DNA from: Squalus acanthias
Taxonomy: Eukaryota
Direction: 5' to 3'
Length of the DNA: 64,000 nt
Assembly (NCBI GenBank): GCA_030390025.1
Contig: CM059431.1
Span: 140,742,001-140,806,000 of the forward strand
In this document: piece after piece, positions 11,316 to 21,724 of the stretch
Layout of the letters: each line of letters opens with the position of its first letter
How positions within the stretch are numbered: position 1 is the stretch's first letter
Made by a program: the position numbers and the translations under genes
Notes under the pieces: generated by a model
Databases searched by the model: none
Told to the model about the DNA's origin: nothing
The model's input: the letters and a program-made list of their open reading frames with translations, nothing else

Positions 11316-12073
11316 AAAACTGTTGGACTATAACCTGGTGTTGCGCGACTTCTCATTTTTGTTCACCATCTCTAAACAGCCGTTCCACTGTTATTGTATC
11401 AGGATTTGGACATATTATCTGGGGTATTGTGTGCAGAGAGAGAGACAGACTGTGAATAGGTTAGTGTTAAATTACGGTCATTTCAGGACTCGGGCAGGTT
11501 ATCTGGGGTATTACCTACACTTCTATAGTCACCTGATCAAAGTTAAAGGATACTGCCATTTTGAAGGTAATGGGGAATAAAAGATGATGCAAGATATTAG
11601 GAGTTTAGGTTGAGGGGTTTGATGTATTTTGTTTGAGCAAAAGACATCGGTATTGAAACGTTTTAATGGAATTCACAACATTATTGCAGGAAACAATGAC
11701 TAAAATAATTAATAATGCAGAATATTGAAAATCAGAAGTGAAGGGAAATCAGGATTTTTTTTTACCAAAGGGTAATAGAGCAGGGAACAAGTTACCAGGG
11801 AAGGACATTAATAGAGCAGTGTAATTGGGGACCGGATACAATTGAACGTGTTTGTGTGGATACACAGAGGAGGGATGGGTGGGTTCATTTTTGTAACAGG
11901 GACAGCCTTGTGGGGCCAAATGGACTTTTCCTCCTAATCATTCCCTAGATAAGTTGTGCTTCAGAATTTGCGAACATTTTTGGAGCAGTTTTACACATAA
12001 ATTCATTGAATGTGTTTTTATAATAGTCCTTTCATATCACCAATTCAAATTAGATCTTTTGCCCACTTGATTA

Positions 12074-13160
12074 TTACATAGTATTTGCAGCACAGAAACC
12101 GGCCAACAGATCCAACAGGTCCTTTCTGGTGTTTATGGTCCACACGAGCCTCCTCTTATCCTTCTTCATCCAACCCCATCAACATATCCTTCTATTCCCT
12201 TTTCTCTCATGTATCCATCTAGGTTCCCCTTGAATGTATCTATGCTGGTCATCTTAACTACTCAGTGTTAGCGAATTCCACATTCTAAACTCTCTCTGGG
12301 TAAAGAAATTTCTCCTGAATTTCCTATAGCATTTATTATTGACTATATTGTATTTCTGGCCGCTGATACTTTTCTGCTTCACAAGTGGAAACATCTTCTC
12401 TACATCTACCCTATCAGAGTTCTTCAAGATTATGAAAAAGTTTATCAGGTAACACCTCAGTCTTCTCTTATGTAGAATAAAGAGCCCCAGCCTGTGCAAT
12501 CTTTATTGATATGTATAAACTTTTAGTTCTGTTATTATCCTCGTAAATGCTTCTTTCACCTCCAGTGTCTCTATCGTTTTTATAATATGAGACCAGAACT
12601 GTTCACGGTCCTCCAAGCGTTGTCTAACCAAGATTCGATACAAGTTTAACATGAATTCTCGGCTTTTCAATTCTACCTCGCTAGAAATTAACCCCAGTGC
12701 TTTGTTTGCTTTTTAATGGCCTTATTCAGCTGCGTCGCTACCTTTAATGATTTGTGTACATGTATCCCTCGATCCCACTGCTACTAAATTCCAAGGAGTA
12801 TGTGACCACCTTATTCTTCCTACCAAAGTATAGCACCTCACACATATCTATCTTGAAGTTCATTTGCTAATTACACGTGCATTCTGCAAGTGTATTCATT
12901 TCTTCCTATACTTTGTCACAGCCCTCCGCTATTAATTCCACCCACAATTTGGTGTTGGCCGCCAATTTTGGAATTGTACATCCGATTCCCGAGCTGTTTA
13001 TGTAAATATTGAAAAACAGTGGTCCCAGCACCGATCCTTGTGGAACACCACTTTTCACCTTTTGCCAGTCCTAATAACCACATTTCACCGCTACTCGGTT
13101 TTCTGTTTTGTAGCCAGCTTGCTATCAATTCTGCTGCTTAACCCCTGACTACACATGCTC
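12074..13160 (-). mobile_element. CR1 LINE, decayed 3' fragment
   Basis: ORFs 12254-12499 (RLGLF...FRRNFFTQR...WNSL) and 12916-13128. Its 3' UTR resembles that of the CR1 at 1-845. Confidence 0.85.
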
Positions 13161-13162
13161 TG

Positions 13163-13242
13163 TGGAGTGCACCTAACTGGATAGCTCTTTCAAAGATTCG
13201 GCACAGGCACGGTGGGCCCAATGACCTCCTACGTCATTCTAT
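13163..13242 (+). mobile_element. SINE/CR1-type 3' tail fragment
   Basis: ctggatagctctttcaaaga..cggcacaggcacggtgggcccaatgacctcct resembles the CR1-type tail at ~25840-25897. Confidence 0.5.
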
Positions 13243-13597
13243 ATCGGATCCTTGACAGCAGACCCTAACCGCGGTTTCCCACTTCTCCCATGTTCCTATC
13301 GTTGCCTCAATGGCAGCAAACCTCACACTCCGGAACACTCACACCATCCAGGATGCTGGAAGTGCAACTAGGAAAAGCCATTCTCGAGCTCAGTGGGATT
13401 TTCGGCAATAATAGAGACAATGATGCAGAATTTGAACAAAGTCAATCACAGTCTAAAACTTGTATATAGTAAAGATACAAGAAAAAGGCCAATATAACAA
13501 CGGAACCGAGGCAGGGGGGTGGAGTTAAGATACAGATCACCCTGATCTAATTAAATGGAGGAACAGACTCGAGGGGCTGAATGACCTCCTCCTATGT

Positions 13598-16500
13598 TGC
13601 TGTAGAGGGAGTGCAGCGAAGGTTCACCAGACTGATTCCTGGGATGGCAGGAGTGTCGTATGAGGAGAGATTGGGTAACCTAGGCCTGTATTCACTAGAG
13701 TTTAGAAGAATGAGAGGGGATCTCATTGAAACACAGACAATTCTTACAGGGCTAGACAGCCTGGATGCAGGGAGGATGTTACCCCTGGCTGGTGGGTCTA
13801 GAACGAGGGGTTACAGTCTCAGGATACAGGGTAGGGGACTAGAGTGCAGTTTGTTACGGAGTGCAGATTTGCAACAGAGTGCTAAGCTGCGAGTTTGGTG
13901 AGTGAGGGAGTAAATCTTAAAGGTTAACCTCTTATTTTTATAAATGTATATAAATTCTAGTCTTGTGTGCTTGCAATTAGCATTTAAATTTACTGTTTCA
14001 AGTTTTAAGTTTCTTCCAGGCTTGGGCAGGGCTAAGCAAGCTCTGTGCTGGAGAGCAGGTGATAGCAATTAATTAATTAACTGGTCTAATCTGTTTCTGT
14101 AACTCCCAGAGAGCTCACTTATTTAAATCTCAGCAGTATAAATAAGGGAGACGAGGGTGCAGATTTGGAACAAAGTGCTCAGCTGCGAGTTTAGTGAGTG
14201 AGGGAGTTCGGGGAGGGAGGTGTGCCTTCCTTTTTCCATCTTTGTCAGCTTCCTGGTGTGGCGGCAGACCTGCGTGAGGCGAGGCGGTGGCAGTGGGTTT
14301 AAAAGGCTCCAGAGACCAGGTAAGGCGGGACCAGTCTCCGAACTCGGAGGGAGGGAGAGAGTTAAAAATAATCGAGGTGTGACGTCACCAGAAAGCAGGT
14401 AAGTAATTGGTTGGTGAGTATTTCTCTCTTTTTAAACTTAAACTCTGTGGGTTGTAGTTAATAAGGCCTTTCTGGTGCAGAGTGACATTTGGTAAACCAT
14501 TTAACTGGTGTAATTTAGAGGGATTGATTTAATTTAAATCTAATTAATTAGAGAGGTCACTAGCATCTATAAGCGGGCAGAGAGTGGCCATAACTTGCAA
14601 TAAAAAAAATAATTAATTACATAGAATGGAGCAGGTGATGTGTTACTGTTGCGAGATGTGGGAGCCGGTGGACCACATTGAGGCTCACGGTGATTACGTC
14701 TGTGACAAGTGTCTGCTGCTACAGGAACTCCAGCTCGGTATTGATGAGCTGGAGTCTGAGCTTCAGACACTGCGACACATCAGGGTGGGGGAGAAGTACC
14801 TGGACTTTGTGTTTCAGGAGGTGGTCACACCTATGAAGTTAATTAATTCAGATGTAGCCCATGGTCAGGGACAGGACGGTGTGACTATGAGTGAGGCAGG
14901 TACGGGGATCCAGGAGGTAGTGTTGGAGGAGCCGCAGCCCTTGCTCTTGTCCAACAGGTTCGAGGTTTTTACTCCCTGTGGGGACGGGAGCAGGCACTGC
15001 AGGGAAGGATGAGCAACCTGGCCACAGCACCGTGGAGCGGGGGGCCATTCAAGAGGGGGGAGTAAATAGAAATGTTGTAGTGGTAGGGGATAGTATTATT
15101 AGGGGGATAGATAGAGTTCTCTGCAGCCGAGAGCGAGAGTCCCGTAGGCTGTGTTGCCTGCCCGGTGCCAGGGTTAAGGACATCTCCTCTGGGCTGGAAA
15201 GAAACTTGCAGTGGGAGGGGGTGGATCCAGTTTTCGTGGTCCATGTTGGTACAAACGACATAGATAGGACAAAGAAGCAGGTTCTGTTAAAGGAGTATGA
15301 GCAGCTAGGGTTCAAATTAAAAAAACAGAACCTCAAGGGTATAAATCTCTGGATTATTACCTGAGCCACGAGCGAATTTGGCTAGGACAAATAAAATTAG
15401 AGAGTTAAATGAGTGGCTCAAAGACTGGTGTGGGAGAAATGGGTTTTGCTTCCTGGGACACTGGCACCAGTACTGGGGCAGGAGGGAGCTGTTCCGTTGG
15501 GACGGGCTTCACTTGGCCAGTGCTGGGACTGGAGTCCTGGCGCATCACATAACTAGGGCTGTAGAGAGGGCTTTAAACTAACTAGTGGGGAGGTGGTTCC
15601 TAGAGAGCAAATAATAAAAATGACAACAGAGAAGGTCATAGACTTAGGTAGCAGTGGGGAAATTAAAAACCAGAGTGTGTCAGGAAGGGGCAGAAGGTAT
15701 GGAGTAAAAGGTAAAGTAATAAAAAGGGCAAAAGCAGGAACTAAGTGTCACAAAACATATTTGAAAGTTCTCTATCTGAATGCACGTAGCATTCATAACA
15801 AAATATACGAGTTAATGGCACAAATAACTACATATGGGTATGATCTTGAGGCCATTACAGAAACATGGCTGCAGGGTGACAATGCCTGGGAATTAAACAT
15901 ACCAGGTTATTCAACGATCAGGAAGGACAGGCAGGAAGGAAGGGGAGGTGGGGTGGCTATGTTAATAAAGGAAGGAATCACTGTAATACAGAGAAATGAT
16001 ATTGGGTCAAAAGATCAGAATAATGAAACAGTTTGGGTGGAGATAAGGAATAAAAAGGGGAAAAAAACACTAGTGGGCGTAGTCTATAGGCCTCCGAACA
16101 GTTGCAACTCTGTTGGACGGAGTATCAATCAGGAAATAGTTGAGGCTTGTAATAAGGGAACATCTTTAATTATGAGGGATTTTAACTATCATATTAATTG
16201 GACAAATCAAATTGGGTAGGGCTGCCTTGAGGATGAGTTCATTGAGTGTATTACGGATGGGTTTCTTGAGCAGTATGTAACTGAACTGACCAGGGGGCAA
16301 GCAACCTTAGATTTGGTCCTGTGTAACGAGACAGGATTAATTAAAATGTCCTAGTAAAGGATCCCCTTGGAATGAGTGACCAAAACATGGTTGAATTCCA
16401 TATTCAATTAGAGGGTGAGATGGTTGGATCTCAAACAAGCTTGCTAAGCTTGAATAAAGGAGACTATGAAGTTATGCGAGCGGAATTGGGTAGAGTGGAT

Positions 16501-19048
16501 TGGGAAAATAGATTAAAGGGTAAGATGATACATGATCAGTGGTGTACATTTAAATAGTTATTTTACAACTTCTGAAAAAAAAATATTCCACTGAGAAGAA
16601 AAGGGTGTAAAAGAAAAGACAGTCATCTGTGGCTAAGTAAATAAATTAAGGATAGTATTCGACTAAAAACAAGGGCTTATAAGGTAGCCAAATCTAGTGG
16701 GAGGATAGAGGATTGGGAAAACCTTAAAAGACAGCAAAAAATAACAAAGATTGATTAAGAACGGGAAGATAGATTATGAAAGTAAATTAGTAAAAAATAT
16801 AAAAACAGATAGTAAGAGTTTTTATAGTTATATAAAAAGAAAAAGGGTGGCTAATGTAAATGTTGGTCCCTTAGAGGATGAGACCGGGAAATTAATGGTG
16901 GGAAATATGGAAATGGCAAAAACACTGAATGAATATTTTGTATCAGTCTTTACAGTAGAGGACACTAAGAATATCCCAACACTGGACAAACAGGGGGCTC
17001 TAGGGGGGGAGGAGCTAAACACGATCAAAATCACTAAGGAAGTGGTACTCGGTAAAATAATGGGACTCAAGGCGGATAAATCACCTGGATCTGATGGCTT
17101 ACATCCTAGAGTCTTGAGAGAAGTGGCGTTAGGGATTGTGGATGCATTGGTAATAATTTTCCACAACTCCCTGGACTTAGCAAAGATCCCGGCAGACTGG
17201 AAAACTGCTAATGTAACACCCTTATTTAAAAAGGGCAGTAGACAGAAGGCTGGAAACTATAGACCGGTTAGCCTAACATCTGTGGTGGGTAAAATTTTGG
17301 AGTCCATTATTAAGGAGACAGTAACGGGACATTTGGATAATCATAATTTAATAGGACAAAGGCAGCATGGTTTTATGAAGGGGAAGTCATGTTTGACAAA
17401 TTTGCTGGAGATCTTTGAGGAAGTAACATGCAGGGTGGATAAAGGGGAACCAGTGGATGTGGTGTATTTAGACTTCTAAAAGGCATTTGACAAGGTGCCA
17501 CACAAGATTATTGCTTAAGATAAAAAATCATGGGATTGGGGTAATATTCTGGCATGGATAGAGGGTTGGCTATCTAACAGAAGGCATATAGTTGGGATAA
17601 ATGGTTCATTCTCAGACTGGCAATCAGTAACTAGTGGTGTTCCGCAGGGATCAGTGCTGGGTCCCCAACTCTTTACAATCTATATTAACGATTTGGAGGA
17701 GGGGACCGAGTGTAACATATCAAAGTATGCAGATGATACTAAGATGGGAGGGAAAGTAGTGAGTGAGGAGGACATAAAAAATCTGCAAGCGGACATAGAC
17801 AGGCTAAGTAAGTGGGCAGAGATTTGGCAGATGGAATACAATACTGGAAAGTGTGAAGTTATGCACTTTGGCCGGAAAAATAGTAGAGCAAGTTATTATC
17901 TTAATGGCAAGAAACTGGAAAGTACTGAAGTACAAAGGGATCTGGGGGTCCTGGTGCACAAAACTCAAAAGGTTAGTATGCAGGTGCAGCAAGTGATTAA
18001 GAAGGCCAATGGAATGTTGGCTTTCATTGCTAGGGGGATAGAATATAAAAATAGGGAGGTATTGCTTCAGTTGTACAAGGTATTGGTGAGACTGCACCTG
18101 GAATACTGCATACAGTTTTGGTGTCCGTACTTAAGAAAATACATACTTGCTCTCGAGTCAGTACAAAGAAGGTTCACTCGGTTAATCCCGGGGATGAGGG
18201 GATGGACGTATGAGGAGAGGTTGGGTCGATTGGGACACAATCATTGGAGTTCAGAAGAATGTGAGGCGATCTTATTGAAACATAAAAGATTGTGAAGGGG
18301 TTGGATCGGGTGGATGCGAGGAAGATGTTCCCGATGATGGGTGAAACTAGAACTAGGGGGCATAGTCTTAGAATAAGGGGCTGCTCTTTCAAAACTGAGA
18401 TGAGAAGGACCTACTTCACTAAGAGAATGGTAGGTCCATGGAATATGCTGCCCAAAAAGCTGTAGAAGCTACATCATTACATAAATTTAAAACAGAAATA
18501 GACAGTTTCCTAGAAGTAAAGGGAATTAAGGGTTACGGGGAGCGGGCAGGAATTTGGACATGAGTCTAGGTTCGGATCGGTCATGGCCCTGTGGGTAGCG
18601 TAGCGGGCCCAGGGGCCGTGTAGCCTGATCCTGCTCCTATTTCGTGTGTCCAATTCTGTAAGGTTCAGGAGATGGTTCTGTGATAGTAGATTGGCGGTTA
18701 GGATCAGATCAGCCATGATCTTATTGAATGGTGGAGCAGGTCGAGGGGCCGATTGGCCTACTCCTGCTTCTATTTCTTATGTTCTTAGGACTGAGATGAG
18801 GAGACATTTCTTCACTGAGGGTGGTGAACCTGTGTAATTCTCTAACACAGAAGGCTGTGGAGGCCAAGTCACTGAATATATTTAAGAAGGAGATAGATAT
18901 ATTTCTAGACACAAAAGGCATCAAGGGGTATGGTGAGCGAGCGGGAATATGGTATTGAGATAGAGGATCAGCCATGATCATATTGAATGGCGGAGCAGGC
19001 TCGAAGGGCGGAATGGCCTACTCCTGCTCCAGTGTTTCTATGTTTCTA
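13598..19048 (+). mobile_element. Host CR1 3' fragment (13598-~13835 plus ~18788-19048) split by a full-length CR1
   Basis: The left piece ends ...SRTRGYSLRIQGR and the right piece resumes RTEMRRHFFT..., collinear with the CR1 C-terminus. It ends in a ctcctgctcc..tttctatgtttct tail. Confidence 0.8.
13836..18787 (+). mobile_element. Near full-length CR1 LINE (5' UTR, ORF1 zinc finger/leucine zipper/SGNH esterase, ORF2 APE plus RT), inactivated
   Basis: ORF1 14626-15581: CYCCEMW..CDKC, heptad leucines, VVVGDS, HVGTND, DGLHL. ORF2 ~15593-18530: LYLNARSI, ITETWL, GVVYRPP, NYRPVSLTS, YLDF, KYADD. Several stops and frameshifts. Confidence 0.95.
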
Positions 19049-19527
19049 ACAACAACAACTTGCATTCACATTGCGCCTTTAACGTAGTAAAACATCCCAA
19101 AGCGCTTTACATGAGCGATTATTAAACACAATTTGACACCGAACCACGTAAGGCGATATTAGGGCAGATGAACAAAATCTTGGTCAAAGAGGAAGGTTTT
19201 ATGGTGCGTCTTATCTGAGGAAAGAGAGGTAGAGAGGCGGGGAGGGTTAGGGAGGGAATTCCGGAGCTTAGGGCTTTGGCAAAATGAAGGCACAGCCACA
19301 AATGATGGAGCGATTAAATCGACGATTCTCAAGACGCCAGAATTGCAGGAGCGCCGAAATCTGGCAGGGTTGTAGGGCTGGGCGAGTTTACAGAGATATG
19401 GAGAGGCGAGGCCATGGAGGGATTTGAAAACAAGGATGAGATTTTAATATCGAGGCGTTGCTTAACCGGGAGTCAAAGTAGCGAGCATAGTCACGATGAG
19501 TGAACGGGACTTGATGGGAGTTAGGGC
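19049..19527 (-). mobile_element. L2 LINE 3' end
   Basis: Reverse complement ends aaaggcgcaatgtgaatgcaagttgttgttgtt, matching the L2-type tail at 36539-36577. Confidence 0.8.
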
Positions 19528-20144
19528 AAAATCCAAATCCACGCGAGTTTCACACAATTGATTAATAATCCGTCGCTGAATCATTCAGCCCCCGCGATCC
19601 AACCAAACACTTACACAAACTGCATATGGCCAATGTTATTGAAACATAAATATTAAGTGTCAGTGCCACAAAATCTTAAATAATCTTCCTCACGCACAAG
19701 TCTTCAGCGAAAACATTGATAAAGACCCACTCCACCTGGAATGTGATTCGATTAATCAAGAGGGAAGAGCTTTGATTTGAATTGTCATTCATCTAAAAGT
19801 GGATTTTATATTTTTATGACACTTTGAACAATATTTGGGGAAAGTGGGTGTGGAAACTGAGAAAATGCTGGGTGTCGGTCATTGAAGATTTGTGATTATT
19901 TTATTCAACAACTGAGGGTCAGAACTTTCTTAAGTTGGAATAGAAGAAAATAGAATACAAAAAAACCCACACAGGAACAGCTGTAGGGTTCAGACTAGCT
20001 TTGACTCAGTTTCAGCACTCTCATCTCCGCCTCAGAAGCTCGTTGGGTGAAACTGGTCTTCGCCAGTAGTGAACCGGCGGTAAACATTGGAACAGTTGAA
20101 GCCCGGAACCACTTTAAAAGTAGCACAAGGGTAAATCTGTGCCG

Positions 20145-21190
20145 TATTACAGTATTTACAGCAGGGAATCCGGACATTCAGCCCAACAGGTCCATGCCCG
20201 GGTTTTTATTCTCCACACGTGCCTCCTCCCACTCTACTTCATCGAACTCCATCAACTATACTTCTACTACTTTCTCCCTCAAGTGTTTATCTGGATTCCC
20301 CTTAAATGCATCTATGCTATTCTCCTCAATTAATGCTTGTGGTAGCGAGTTCCAGATTCTAAGCACTCTCTGGGTAAAGAAGTTGCTCCTGAATTTCGTA
20401 TTTGATTTATTAGTGACTACCTGATATTTATAGCCCCTAGTTCTGGTTTCTCCCGCAAGTCTATCAAACGCTTTCATAATCTTCAAGACCCCTCCGTCTT
20501 CTATTTTATAGAGAAAAGAGCCCCAGCCTGTTCAATCTTTCCTGGTAGGTATAACCTCTTAGTTCTTGGTATTATTCTAGTGAAACTATTTTGAACCTTC
20601 TCCAGTGCCTCTATATCCTTTTTATAATATGGAGATTTGAACTGTTCACAGTACTCCAAATGTGGTCTGACAAAGGTTCTATACGAGTTTAACATAACCT
20701 CAATTAGATTGAAAGTGGGAAATCTATCTATTCACTCTTTCATTGTGGACATGCGCCTTACTTAGAATCCTGGTCGATAACTTTCAATGAAGTGGGAGTA
20801 TTTCTGTGCTTCCATTATGTACATTCTATCGTGTTCATGTACCATGAAGCATGAGCTTCCCTTTTAAAATCCGTGTTGACTACTTTATTATATTTTCAGC
20901 TTCTAGATGTTTTGCTACTACATCTTTGTGTAAGGATTCCATTATCTTTCCTAACACCGACGTTAAACTAAATGGTCTACAGTTGTCTGAAATTGTACTA
21001 TCTCCCTTTTTAAATAAAGCAATCACATTAGCTTCCGCTATCTCTTCCTGAACAGCTGTGCCATTAACCTGACCAAGTGTTTAATCATCTCGAAGTAGGA
21101 TTAGTTTATAATTTAACTCCCCCGTCATCTTAAATGTCTTTATATATTTTTTGATCACATCATCTAATGTCTTCTCCACCATGCTCTACT
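20145..21190 (-). mobile_element. CR1 LINE fragments, decayed with internal deletions
   Basis: ORFs 20256-20486 and 20501-20695 (FVRPHLEYCEQF, FFTQRVLRIWNSLP). 20935-21040 reads ANVIALFKKG..NCRPFSLTSVLGKIM on the minus strand. Confidence 0.82.
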
Positions 21191-21724
21191 GGCAGGAGTC
21201 ATAACTAATACAAAGGAAGATGGTTGCGATTGTTAAAGATCAATCATCTCAGCCCCAGGACATCGCTGCAGGAGTTCCTCATGGCAGTGTCATCGGCCCA
21301 ACAATCTTTAGCTGCGTCATCAATGACCTTGCCTCCATCATAAGCTCACAAGTGGAGATGTTAGCTGATGATTGCAGAGTTCAGTTCCATTTGCAACTCC
21401 TCAGACAATGAAGCAGTCCGTGCCGGCATGCAACAAGAACTGGAGGACATTCAGTCTTGAGCTGATAAGTGGCAGTTAACATTCGTACCACACAAGTGCC
21501 AGGCAATGACTATCTCCAACAAGCGAGAGTCTAACCACGTCCCCTTGACATTCAACGGAATTACCATCGCAGAATCCCCTACCATCAACATCCTTGGGGT
21601 AACCATTGACCAGAAACCTAACTGGACCAGCCACATAAATATTGCGGCAACAAGCGCAGGTCAGAGGCTGAGTAATTTGCGGTGAGAGACTCACTTCCTT
21701 AATCCCCAAAGCCTTGGCAGCATC

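Larger units (their letters stand above)
5908..11362 (+). mobile_element. Penelope-like element (RT plus GIY-YIG) with direct pseudo-LTRs and 12-bp TSD, interrupted by a CR1
   Basis: Direct repeats of about 165 bp at ~5909-6075 and ~11200-11367. TCACCATCTCTA flanks the element at 5896-5907 and 11363-11374. Internal PLE ORF relic. Confidence 0.9.

Noticed and set aside
5908..11362. LTR retrotransposon or endogenous retrovirus suggested by the direct repeats
   Set aside because: There are no TG..CA ends, PBS, gag, protease or integrase. RT plus GIY-YIG and hammerhead motifs identify a Penelope-like element.
19930..20140. Possible extra NLR exon or enhancer in a non-repeat patch of the long intron
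   Set aside because: I found no convincing in-phase splice-site pair or domain similarity, and the single TGACTCA motif is expected by chance.
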